A stretch of DNA of 64,000 nt from Macrostomum hystrix (taxonomy: Eukaryota > Animalia > Platyhelminthes), in NCBI GenBank assembly GCA_950097015.1, contig CATNEN010000001.1:19406001-19470000 (forward strand), read 5' to 3'. Positions within the stretch are counted from its first letter, which is position 1. Each line of letters opens with the position of its first letter. Position numbers and translations under genes: made by a program. The notes beneath the pieces are model-generated. The model was given only the letters and a program-made list of their open reading frames with translations. It was not told where the DNA came from and made no database searches. Of the stretch, positions 48,408 to 64,000 are shown in pieces.

Positions 48408-51400
48408 TGGAGAAGCACTAGACAGGGCTCTCCAGGTTTAATCCAGACTGGCACAGGTGTGTCAACAATTTTTGCACTCAAATCTAATCTGGAGCCAAAG
48501 GCTGAGGCGGAGTCTGAGAATTCATCGTCACCATTCAGCGGTGGCTGCTGCTGCTGCTGCTGTGCATGAGAAGGCTGGACAGCTGTTGACCGCTTCGGAC
48601 TCTGCAGCAGGCGAGTGAGTCTGGCAAGGTCATCGCTTTTGTTGTCTTCGCTCAGCTGATCATCAGCAAAGGAAACTGGTGAGGATGTTTGAGGAATTTC
48701 GGCTGCCGCTGCTGCTGCAGTTGCTGCTGCTGCCGAGGCGAGGCCGCTGTTCTCAGTGGCTGAGCGGGGCAACTCTGGCTCTCGGATCGGCTGAGCACCA
48801 GCCTCGAACTCGGCAGGCTTCTGCACCTTATGGTGTTGTATATTGTTTGTCTTACTACTTAGTGCATCACATTCTGGGGTGTCATGTCATTCCATTTGGT
48901 CACTGCCCTATCCTGAAGTGTCATTTATCATTCCATTTGGTCACTTCCCTATCCTGAAGTGTCATTTGTCATTTATCATTCTATTTGGTCACTGCCCTAT
49001 CCTGAAGTGTCATTTGTCATTTATCATTCCATTTGGTCACTGCCCTATCCTGAAGTGTCATTTGGCATTCCATTGGGTCACTGCCCAATCCTGAAGTGTC
49101 ATTTGTCATTCCATTTGGTCACTGCCCTATGCTGAAGTGTCATTTTGCATTCCATTGGGTCACTGCCCTATCCTGAAGTGTCATTTGGCATTCCATTTGG
49201 TCACTTCCCTATCCTGAAGTGTCATTTATCATTTATCATTCCATTTGGTCACTGCCCTATCCTGAAGTGTCATTTGTCATTCCATTTGGTTACTACCCAA
49301 TCCTGAAGTGTCATTTATCATTACATTTGGTCACTGCCCTATCCTGAAGTGTCATTCGTCATTCCATTTGGTCACTTCCCTATCCTGAAGTGTCATTTGT
49401 CATTCCATTTGGTCACTGCCCTATCCTGAAGTGTCATTTGTCATTTATCACTCCATTTGGTCACTGCCCTATCCTGAAGTGTCATTTGTCATTTATCATT
49501 CCATTTGGTCACTTCCCTATCCTGAAGTGTCATTTGTCATTCCATTTGGTCACTGCCCTATCCGGAATTGTCATTTGTCATTCCATTTGGTCACTGCCCT
49601 ATCCTGAAGTGTCATTTATCATTCCATTTGGTCACTGCCCTATCCTGAAGTGTCATTTATCATTCCATTTGGTCACTGCCCTATCCTGAAGTGTCATTTA
49701 TCATTCCATTTGGTCACTGCCCTATCCTGAAGTGTCATTTGTCATTCCATTTTGTCACTACCCAATCCTGAAGTGTCATTTATCATTACATTTGGTCACT
49801 GCCCTATCCTGAAGTGTCATTCGTCATTCCATTTGGTCACTTCCCTATCCTGAAGTGTCATTTGTCATTCCATTTGGTCACTGCCCTATCCTGAAGTGTC
49901 ATTTGTCATTTATCATTCCATTTGGTCACTGCCCAATCCTGAAGTGTCATTTGTCATTCCATTTGGTCACTGCCCAATCCTGAAGTGTCATTTGTCATTT
50001 ATCATTCCATTTGGTCACTGCCCAATCCTGAAGTGTCATTTGTCATTCCATTTGGTCACTACCCAATCCTGAAGTGTCATTTATCATTACATTTGGTCAC
50101 TGCCCTATCCTGAAGTGTCATTCGTCATTCCATTTGGTCACTTCCCTATCCTGAAGTGTCATTTGTCATTCCATTTGGTCACTGCCCTATCCTGAAGTGT
50201 CATTTGTCATTTATCACTCCATTTGGTCACTGCCCTATCCTGAAGTGTCATTTGTCATTTATCATTCCATTTGGTCACTGCCCTATGCTGAAGTGTCATT
50301 TTGCATTCCATTGGGTCACTGCCCTATCCTGAAGTGTCATTTGGCATTCCATTGGGTCACTTCCCTATCCTGAAGTGTCATTTGGCATTCCATTGGGTCA
50401 CTGCCCAATCCTGAAGTGTCATTTGTCATTCCATTTGGTCACTTCCTTACCCTGAAGTGTCATTTGTCATTTATCATTCCATTTGGTCACTGCCCTATCC
50501 TGAAGTGTCATTTATCATTCCATTTGGTCACTTCCCTATCCTGAAGTGTCATTTGTCATTCCATTGGTCACTGCCCAATCCTTAATTTAAATTTACCTTT
50601 CCCTGGCCCTCCTGCTGCTGCTGCTGCTGTTGCTGAAAAGCAGTCCACGAGGTTTCTCTATCCAGGTACATCGACTGGGTGAGGTGGGCCCGCTCGGAGC
50701 GACTCTTGCGCATTCTGGCACCGCCGCCGCCGCCCCCGACGCAGTAGGAGTCATCGTTGAATGGATTTCGGCGCAAACTAGCCGAGCTGACGCCGTTGTC
50801 GCGACCGTCTTCGTCGCTAGCATCGTCGTCGTCTTCACCGTCGCCACGTCGGTCGATGAAATCCGATTCGACCAGGTAGCCTCCGCCGCCGCCGCCACCG
50901 CGTTGGACCCCGGCCTCCTCAGCCAGGGGCTTCATTGGAGTCAGCACTGAGGAGCGCGTCATCAGGCTGCCGCCACCGCCAGCTGTGCCGCCACCGGCGC
51001 CGACGGAGACTCCAATGAAGCCGCCCGGATGGGCTGACAGCGGGCTGATGAGCGGATTCTTCGCTGCGGCTGAGTTTTGAAATATTTCATTTGGAAAGGC
51101 TTTAACTCGAATTTCGAATAAATTCTCCTGTCAGCTACTGTTAGTAGGTCAGTAAAAATAAGAAAAAATATTTTTGAAGACAAAAACTAATAAACTGACG
51201 ACAAAGTTTTGGACTCAAACAATAAGGTCCTTGGTTCGATTCAGGCTCTCTGAAGTTGTTTTCGAATCAAATGAGAAACAAAAAAACGCATTTAAAGCTT
51301 TTGTGGTTAATTCCGCTCGACTTTTATATACGCGCGCTCTGCAGTGAGCTCTCTACTTATAGTAGTTTTACACGCCCATTATTTGTTAAAAATTAACCGA

Positions 51401-54400
51401 AATTGAAAAAAATGGAAAATTATTAGTAACTGCGAAATATGAAATTTTCTTATTCAAATAGAAAGCATGCGACATGCAAAATAAGGGGATAATTTGCTTG
51501 GGATTTAGGAAATAAAAAATAGGGTTCTTTTCTACCTATGGAATTTGGTGACTGTGGAATTAGCTTTCTGTGTGGAGATTATTTGGGGATAAGTTTACCA
51601 GCATGGGGATAAAATACCTGGGGCATAATTAGCCTTTAGAAGATTTGCCGATTAGGGGAAATTTACCCCATTTGGGGAGCTTACCAACCTAAGGAGGATT
51701 TGCTACCTGGGGGGATAACTTTGTCTTTAATTATCTTACCGATACACAATTATTTTATGCAACAATTTTTTACACAATTAAAATAGTATTGCTAAGATTA
51801 AGTTTATCGCGAGCTAGTAAGTAAGTGCAAATGTACTGTATATTGTTCTTTAAAGTGCAAGTCTACTGTTAGTAAGTTTGCTACAACTGCTCACGACTGC
51901 GAGAGTACGAGATCACTTTGCATCTCACATCAGAGTATCTCAGTAACACCTAACGAGTAACTTGCTCTCACTGCATAGTACGTCAATCTCACCCCATAGA
52001 TGTCAATCTCACTCCGTAGTATGTCAATCTCACCCCAGAGTATGTCAATCTCACCCCATAGTATGTCAATCTCACCACAGAGTATGTCAATCTCACCCCA
52101 GAGTATGTCAATCTCACCCCATAGTATGTCAATCTCACCCCATAGTATGTTAATCTCACCCCATAGATGTTAATCTCACTCCGTAGTATGTCAATCTCAC
52201 CCCAGAGTATGTCAATCTCACTGCATAGTACGTCAATCTCACCCCATAGATGTCAATCTCACTCCGTAGTATGTCAATCTCACCCCAGAGTATGTCAATC
52301 TCACCCCAGAGTATGTCAATCTCACCCCATAGTATGTCAATCTCACCCCATAGTATGTTAATCTCACCCCATAGATGTTAATCTCACTCCGTAGTATGTC
52401 AATCTCACCCCAGAGTATGTCAATCTCACCCCAGAGTATGTCAATCTCACCCCATAGTATGTCAATCTCACCCCATAGTATGTCAATCTCACCCCATAGT
52501 ATGTTAATCTCACCCCATAGATGTTAATCTCACTCCGTAGTATGTCAATCTCACCCCAGAGTATGTCAATCTCACCCCAGAGTATGTCAATCTCACCCCA
52601 TAGTATGTCAATCTCACCCCATAGTATGTCAATCTCACCCCATAGTATGTTAATCTCACCCCATAGATGTTAATCTCACTCCGTAGTATGTCAATCTCAC
52701 CCCAGAGTATGTCAATCTCACCCCATAGTATGTCAATCTCACCACAGAGTATGTCAATCTCACCCTAGAGTATGTCAATCTCACCCCAGAGTATGTCAAT
52801 CTCACCCCAGAGTATGTCAATCTCACCCCATAGTATGTCAATCTCACCCCAGAGTATGTCAATCTCACCCCAGAGTATGTCAATCTCACCCCATAGTATG
52901 TCAATCTCACCACAGAGTATGTCAATCTCACCCTAGAGTATGTCAATCTCACCCCAGAGTATGTCAATCTCACCCCAGAGTATGTCAATCTCACCCCATA
53001 GTATGTCAATCTCACCACAGAGTATGTCAATCTCACCCCAGAGTATGTCAATCTCACCCCATAGTATGTCAATCTCACCCCATAGTATGTTAATCTCACC
53101 CCATAGATGTTAATCTCACTCCGTAGTATGTCAATCTCACCCCAGAGTATGTCAATCTCACCCCATAGTATGTCAATCTCACCCCAGAGTATGTCAATCT
53201 CACCCCATAGTATGTCAATCTCACTCCGTAGTATGTCAATCTCACTCCAAAGACTGTCAATCTCACCCCAAAGACTGTCAATCTCACCCCAAAGACTGTC
53301 AATCTCACTCCAAAGACTGTCAATCTCACCCCAAAGACTGTCAATCTCACTCCAAAGACTGTCAATCTCACCCCAAAGACTGTCAATCTCACTCCAAAGA
53401 CTGTCAATCTCACCCCAAAGACTGTCAATCTCACTCCAGGGCACAGACAGCACAAAACGCAGTCAATGAAGCCAGACGGCAATAAAAACAGCAACCAAAT
53501 ATCAGAAAGCAACTCAAACGCAACATAGTTTCGGATGGCGCTTTAGAAGCTTAGTCTAAGAAATAATGACAAAAATGATGGCACACCCCAATGGCAGTTA
53601 CGAAATGGCACAACAGAGATTTGAAAGCCTAGAAAAGTAGATATAATCTGTTGAACAAATTTCAGCTAATTCACATTGAGACGTACACAAAGCTACGAGA
53701 TATTTATTCCTTACACTAGCAGGTATTAATAATAATATAGAAAGTAATAATAGAAAAATAATAATGAAAAATATAGAGGCTAATGGAAGCTAGAATAATA
53801 TTTACCAATCGGCCAATATTTCCTAATCTTTTGAGTGTTCAAATTTAGAAAATTTGGTCGACTACCTGCGCAAAAGATGTAGTTTGTTGCAGTTAGATTT
53901 CGCACTTACTCTACTGTTTTCTACTAATAGTAGTATGACTTAAAATAAAAATGTCATAGAATTTTTATTTTAAGATATACATATGCATAGTGTATGAAAA
54001 ATGGCAGGATTATAGGCTTAATAGTAAAATTGAAAAGCACTCTATAACAGACGATAAATACACAAGAAATTTCCATATCCGCAGTCGCCAAGTCAAAGTT
54101 ACAGTGGTTAAAGCATGGAAGAATTAATTAAATTTCTATAAAAGTTCATTGTAAAAAAAGATGATTTAAATGAGATGCAAAATAGGACCGTTTACCATCC
54201 ATGATCTCTGAGTGATCTAACATGAAGCATTGACAGCAAGTGTCATAAAACTTTTGTTTCTTTTTTATTACATTTGTTTGTTAGCGAGAAAACTGAGTTG
54301 TGGGTATTGCTTGCTAGATGAAAAAATTATCTGATATGTTATTCGCTTTTTTAGATAAGATATTCGCGTAAAGCAAACGAAAAGAGTTCGGAGATAACAG

Positions 54401-57400
54401 GTGAGATAAGAGATGGGAGATGACAGGTGAGATAAGAGAAGGGAGATGACAGGTGAGATAAGAGATGGGAGATGACAGGTGAGATAAGAGATGGGAGATG
54501 ACAGGTGAGATTAGATTTGAGAGATGACAGGTGAGATTGGATTTAAGAGATGACAGGTGAGATGACAGGTGAGATAGACTAAGAATATTAAATTCAAGAG
54601 ACAGCAAGATCGACGAAATCTCAGGTGAATCGCTACAAGGTAATCCTCTAATTTATCCATAGAAAATGCTCTCCTATGTCGGTAGCTGATTGCTAGAAAA
54701 GCTAGAAAAGGAAACTTCTATGGTTAGAGGAGCAATGAGAACAAAGAATCGCAACTCACTGCCAACTGGTCCGAGTAGGGCATTGGGCGGATCGACTCTG
54801 CGCAGGGCGGCATGCAAATTTTGCACCGAGCTGCTTGGGGCTGCGTGGCCACCGAGGGCTGTGGCTGAGGCGGCGGCCGCGGCGGCGGCGGCAGCGGCAG
54901 CTGCTGCGGCTTGATTGCCGCCAGTGACGTAGGAAAGATCGCTGTTCGGCTTGAGCAGACTCAGCGAGCCCAGAGATACGGAGCGAATCATCTGCTTTAA
55001 AATAAATTTGCGTTTTGTACTACTTATAGCGAGCGACTAGTAGGATAAGGCAGATTTTTACAAAAAAATTAGGACGACATGTCCGTTTCACTCTACTAAA
55101 AATAGGGCAAGTAGGCGACGTAGGAATTTTATTAGATTTATTAGCTATTTTTCTAAAAACAACTCACCCCTCCATCCACGCCCATCAGTTGCAGTGACTT
55201 CCTGGTGCCTCTGGTTTTGTTAGCATTCTTCGTGAACTTCACAGCCGCCTCCTGTCTGGCCTTCTCTTCGCGAAGAAAGTATTCAACGGCGGACACGGCG
55301 CTGAGGTACTGCTTGATGTAGGTCTCGCTATCCGGCTGGGTTGGCCTCCAGTTGCCATTGGACGATGACGAGGTCGCGGGAGCGGCTGCGTTGGAGCCAA
55401 TGGAAGCAGCCGCCGGAGAGGTTGCAGAGGCCGGCGATAATGGAGTGGAGGCGGAAGCAGACAGAGACTCGCGGCTCATATAGGAGGGATTGCTGAGCTC
55501 ATCGGCTGACTGAGCAGCAGCCAGCGAGCTGATGGCATCAGAAGATGCGGCAGCCAGAACAGCTAAAGATTTGCGATCCTCAACTTCCCCGGTGGCTGGC
55601 GGAATACTTGACACAATCTGGTAGGTGATGCCAGTCTCGGAGATGAGGTCCTATTTAATGCCGGTATAAAATAGTGGCGCAGAGTGACTCGATTAGCAAA
55701 TGGTCTATGGTGGACCTTAAAAGGGCCGTTTTAACCACTTTTTCTACTAATTCTAGTTAGAGCTAGTCTAAGCAAGTATTCATATTTTCATGGTTCAAAG
55801 GCTGTACAGAGTGTTATCAGAATTTTGTCAGAACTAATCAGAAATACGGACTTCTCCCTTTCCATTTTATTACAAGTAATTCATAATTCATAACTTTCTA
55901 GTTAAAAAATGCACTAAATTAATATCCAACTTTAGCAACAGCGATAAATAAACACAATTATGCAAAAACAACAACAATATAAAATTAAGGATCAAAACAG
56001 CTAATAAAGGTGAAAAATAATACAAAACAACAGGTTTTCAACTACTAGCATGCTGAAAAAAAATACAAACCAAGCTGTCTACTATAAGTAGGGTGTTGGG
56101 AAATGCAATGAAATTCAAAAGTTTGCTCTGGCCGTGCTAGCATGGCAATAGCATGGCAATGCTATTTAATAACTTTGCAACCTGGTTGTTACAAATAGAA
56201 TATTTTCGATAAACTACGAGAGTTTCTAGCAAGAAAATGACACCAAGACAAATGATATCAAATGACACTTACATTGCAATACATTGGTGCCACGCTTCTA
56301 CAAACAGAACTTCTCTTTACGTGTGTACTTCTGTTTGCATGTTTTAGAGTTTATGACGAACCTTGGATATCTATTGATACACCTGTGATACCTGTTCAAC
56401 TGACTTCTTGATATGTCCACCTGTTATATGGGATCTGTCTACCTGTGATACGGGATCTGTTCACCTGTGATACGGGATCTGTTCACCTGTGATACGGGAT
56501 CTGTTCACCTGTGATACGGGATCTGTTCACCTGTGATACGGGATCTGTTCACCTGTGATACGGGATCTGTTCACCTGTGATACGGGATCTGTTCACCTGT
56601 GATACGGGATCTGTTCACCTGTGATACGGGATCTGTTCACCTGTGATACGGGATCTGTTCACCTGTGATACGGGATCTGTTCACCTGTGATACGGGATCT
56701 GTTCACCTGTGATACGGGATCTGTTCACCTGTGATACGGGATCTGTTCACCTGTGATACGGGATCTGTTCACCTGTGATACGGGATCTGTTCACCTGTGA
56801 TACGGGATCTGTTCACCTGTGATACGGGATCTGTTCACCTGTGATACGGGATCTGTTCACCTGTGATACGGGATCTGTTCACCTGTGATACGGGATCTGT
56901 TCACCTGTGATACGGGATCTGTTCACCTGTGATACGGGATCTGTTCACCTGTGATACGGGATCTGTTCACCTGTGACACGGAATCTGTTCACCTGTGATA
57001 CGGGATCTGTTCACCTGTGATACGCCTGTCCACTTGTCTTAATCAATCTGTCCACTCGATGTTCAACTGACTCAGAAACCAGTATGCAGCAATAGAAATG
57101 AAACGCAAGCATTGTGCAAGATAAGGGGTGCTCAGGTCAAGCGCTACAGGTGTGACACAACACAGACTCACTCGCATTGGATCAGCCGAGGCCGCACTCA
57201 CGTAAGCCCGCATGTAACCAAACAGAGCACTGCGAATACCCTTGGACTTGTAGACTGACACGCAGGCTCGCTTCCTCAGTATGACATCCATGGGAGCCGG
57301 GTGTGACAGGCGGACTCGAACCCGCACAACCAGATAGATGAGCTCGTTATTGCCGGTGATTCGATTCAAATAGATGGAATCGTGCAGCGAAGCGTCCCAC

Positions 57401-57989
57401 TGGCAGATGACGCAGCAGTCTTTGTCCAGGCTGCGCATGATTGGCACCTGGACAAACTCGCTGTTATGCTCCTTTGGCAGCTGTGACTGATGCCCGGCTG
57501 CTGGCAGCTCCTGGCGCTGATGATGATCGGGCTGAAGGTCCAGGAACAGCACCGGGATGTGCTCCTCCATGCCCAGCGGCGGGTCCCAGTCGGCTGGAGC
57601 TCCGGGCACGCAGGAGTGCGGCCTGGGCACCAGCACCGCCTCCTTCTCCACAGTCATGCGGCTCCACTGTTCCATAAGCGAGCGCTCCCGGGCCTCATCT
57701 GCCGGAGTCTTGACCGGTTTGGATGTGATCAGGCTCAGCTGCGACTGCAGGTGGCCCTGGCGACGGGACACGGCCTCGCGCCATTTGTCACGAAGGCGGG
57801 TCAGGTCCTCCTCCTGGTAGCTGTCCAGGCCACGCTGCATGTTGCGATCTCGGCGAACAACGCAGCCCACCGAGACATCCATGATGCGCTCGCAGATGAC
57901 AGGCAGGCTGCCCGACTCTGGCCCGCTGACTGGGCGAACCCGGATCAGCAACCTGCGAGACTGACCGTGCTTCAGCCGGTAAACACCAC
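48122..57989 (-). CDS. KIF13: Kinesin-3 KIF13A/B (Khc-73)-like, 3' exons 57989-57172, 55650-55168, 54991-54760, 51069-50597, 48826-48122; motor-domain exons lie beyond the window
   Basis: GGVYRLKHGQSRR, LDSYQEEDLTRLRDKW, PGAPADW.PP.GME.HIPVLFLDL, WDASLHDS..LNRIT, GITYQIVSSIP; terminal CAP-Gly [40 protein letters not shown]; splice phases consistent. Confidence 0.9.
48878..50581. repeat. 40/47-bp intronic minisatellite
   Basis: Unit TCATTCCATTTGGTCACTGCCCTATCCTGAAGTGTCATTTG, with or without an extra 7 bp. Confidence 0.95.
51966..53437. repeat. 21-bp intronic minisatellite
   Basis: ATGTCAATCTCACCCCA[G/T]AGT, switching to a ...CCAAAGACTG variant at the 3' end. Confidence 0.95.
54389..54575. 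repeat. Short GA-rich tandem repeat (GGGAGATGACAGGTGAGATAAGAGAT)
   Basis: Directly visible. Confidence 0.9.
56420..57024. repeat. 22-bp near-perfect intronic minisatellite (ACCTGTGATACGGGATCTGTTC)
   Basis: About 27 copies, no spacers. Confidence 0.95.
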
Positions 57990-58032
57990 CTGCGGTGCGA
58001 GTTCGGGATGCGGTCTTTAGGATTCCCCGTAA

Positions 58033-58315
58033 GTCTGTACAATCCCCTGTCAGTCTCTACAATCCTCTTGTCAGTCTGTACAATCCTCTTGTCACAGTCT
58101 GTACAATCCTCTTGTCACAGTCTGTACAATCCTCTTGTCACAGTCTGTACAATCCTCTTGTCACAGTCTGTACAATCCTCTTGTCACAGTCTGTACAATC
58201 CTCTTGTCACAGTCTGTGCAATCTTCTTGTCACAGTCTGTACAATCCTCTTGTCACAGTCTGTACAATCCTCTTGTCACAGTCTGTACAATCCTCTTGTC
58301 ACAGTCTGTACAATC
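58033..58315. repeat. 23-bp intronic minisatellite (TCTGTACAATCCTCTTGTCACAG)
   Basis: Directly visible. Confidence 0.95.
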
Positions 58316-59071
58316 AGCGAAAATCTCCACTAAACGGGACTTGGAAATTCAGGAGCGGGAAATTCTAAAATCTAATTATCCTAGCTGAATTTCATTCAAA
58401 TAGGAAATAATGAAATAGCAATTTCACATGCATTCTCTATATACTGATCCGAGTTCATTAGCTGTGTATGGATGTTAAGATGACACTCAAGATGCTAGCT
58501 AAAACACAAGCCAATCTAATTAAGTCCTTCAGTCGCATAGTGGGCAGGTGTCAGAATCGTTAAGCGCACCTGCTGCAGCTAGTTTCTGATATAGGATGGA
58601 AAAAAATCATATTTTAGTTTCAGAATAAGAAATAAGAAATGGGGCGTGTGAGTGGATTTTAACAGATCAAATATGAACATACTGGTAGATTTAGTAACTA
58701 GCAGGCTAAACCCAAATAAATCATGGGCAGTAAATAATTTCATAGAAACTGTGCAACTCGAGGACTGAAGTCATAAATCATTAAATCATAATCCAAGACT
58801 ATAGACTCAAATCTATAATCATAATATAGCTTTGAAAAGTACACATTCAAATAGTTGCTATGCAGAATGGAATCTGGGAATCTCGATAATAAATTTTCAA
58901 AGACGAGAAAATGTAAAAAATGCCCCTATTCTGACAGATTTACGACTTAATTAGGGTCTCACACTCGCTCCAGACAGGAATGCCGCCCAAAAAAATGTCG
59001 CCTATGCTAATGCAAATTCCTGAGTTGCAAAGTATGCATATTGCATGAGGTTTTATCGATTGTTTTGCTCA

Positions 59072-62303
<3,232 letters not shown>

Positions 62304-62816
62304 CTATTTAAAAAAGAGGACAACTTATAAAAATAAATAGTCAGTGATTATTATTGAAAGCCATAAGCTTAGTTTGAGTAAAGCTACAGGCAAGCCCACA
62401 CACACACATACGGATAGCAAACACAATCTTAGCAGGTAAACACGGCATGCAATATAATTTTGGATCTCCTTGTGAATCTGTTGCAAATAAAAAATCACAG
62501 TTATTGGAGTAAGAGAGGAGTGACTTGCTGTTTTAGAAGACAGCATTAGATAAGAACAGACAAGGCCGATTCAATGAACTCTGGCGGTGGGCTAAACTGA
62601 CTAACTAAACTTGGTCAGTGTGTTAGATAAGTTGTGCTCACAGTGTGCTCAAACTTGTCACAAATGAGCATCTATCTAGCATATCAGTTTAGAGTCAGAG
62701 CTTTTCAAATATGTACGCCATTTTTTGCTTGACTGCACAAATTTAATTGTCCCACATTCCCGAGTGTAACAATTTACGTTTTTAAATTCACGTTTGAGCT
62801 CTTGTAAATAGAAATG

Positions 62817-64000
62817 GACTAGCAATCCATTCTACATATGCTCCATTCACAGACTGGTATTGTATGTACAGATGGCATAGACTAGCAATCCATTCTACAT
62901 ATGCTCCATTCATAGACTGGTATTGTATGTACAGATGGCATAGACTAGCAATCCATTCTACATATGCTCCATTCACAGACTGGTATTGTATGTACAGATG
63001 GCATAGACTAGCAATCCATTCTACATATGCTCCATTCATAGACTGGTATTGTATGTACAGATGGCATAGACTAGCAATCCATTCTACATATGCTCCATTC
63101 ACAGACTGGTATTGTATGTACAGATGGCATAGACTAGCAATCCATTCTACATATGCTCCATTCACAGACTGGTATTGTATGTACAGATGGCATAGACTAG
63201 CAATCCATTCTACATATGCTCCATTCACAGACTGGTATTGTATGTACAGATGGCATAGACTAGCAATCCATTCTACATATGCTCCATTCATAGACTGGTA
63301 TTGTATGTACAGATGGCATAGACTAGCAATCCATTCTACATATGCTCCATTCACAGACTGGTATTGTATGTACAGATGGCATAGACTAGCAATCCATTCT
63401 GCATATGCTCCATTCACAGACTGGTATTGTATGTACAGATGGCATAGACTAGCAATCCATTCTACATATGCTCCATTCACAGACTGGTATTGTATGTACA
63501 GATGGCATAGACTAGCAATCCATTCTACATATGCTCCATTCAAAGACTGCTATTGTATGTACAGATGGCATAGACTAGCAATCCATTCTACATATGCTCC
63601 ATTCACAGACTGGTATTGTATGTACAGATGGCATAGTCTAGCAATCCATTCTACATATGCTCCATTCACAGACTGGTATTGTATGTACAGATGGCATAGA
63701 CTAGCAATCCATTCTACATATGCTCCATTCACAGACTGGTATTGTATGTACCGATGGCATAGACTAGCAATCCATTCTACATATGCTCCATTCACAGACT
63801 GGTATTGTATGTACAGATGGCATAGACTAGCAATCCATTCTACATATGCTCCATTCACAGACTGGTATTGTATGTACAGATGGCATAGTCTAGCAATCCA
63901 TTCTACATATGCTCCATTCACAGACTGGTATTGTATGTACAGATGGCATAGACTAGCAATCCATTCTATATATGCTCCATTCACAGACTGGTATTGCATG
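62817..64000. repeat. 63-bp tandem repeat running off the window end
   Basis: ACTAGCAATCCATTCTACATATGCTCCATTCACAGACTGGTATTGTATGTACAGATGGCATAG. Confidence 0.97.

Noticed and set aside
56420-57024. CRISPR-like regular repeats here and at 6500, 10225 and 37091
   Set aside because: No unique spacers, no cas genes, eukaryotic context.
62788-63999. 21-aa repeat ORFs
   Set aside because: 63-bp tandem repeat; no splice or domain support, and one in-frame stop.

Overview
Eukaryotic (animal, probably invertebrate; GT-AG introns, introns packed with minisatellites) DNA, mostly nested DNA transposons, with the 3' exons of a host kinesin-3 (KIF13/Khc-73-like) gene on the right (48.1-58.0 kb, minus strand). 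The main structure is a ~25.9 kb unit (2454-28312) bounded by ~39-bp terminal inverted repeats (CAGGCCTG[A/T]AACTGTTATTTGCCAACTCA[G/A]CTAGTCAGG). At 2423-2492 it is joined head-to-tail to the right end of a related upstream copy. The unit carries an intact two-exon KDZ (Kyakuja-Dileera-Zisupton) transposase and an EnSpm/CACTA transposase with a divergent accessory gene. It also carries apparent regulator cargo: an intronless Hes-type bHLH-WRPW gene, a zinc-finger gene and a zinc-finger/PR-Set7(SETD8)-like SET gene with two stop codons. Next comes a ~14.9 kb pogo-type element (28721-43629, TA TSD) whose transposase is spliced in frame to an OTU protease domain (one intervening TAG). It has ~530-bp internal inverted repeats and hosts an intact Sola2 element (32089-36906, AGCT TSD). 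All family assignments come from motif recognition by eye; no database searches were run.
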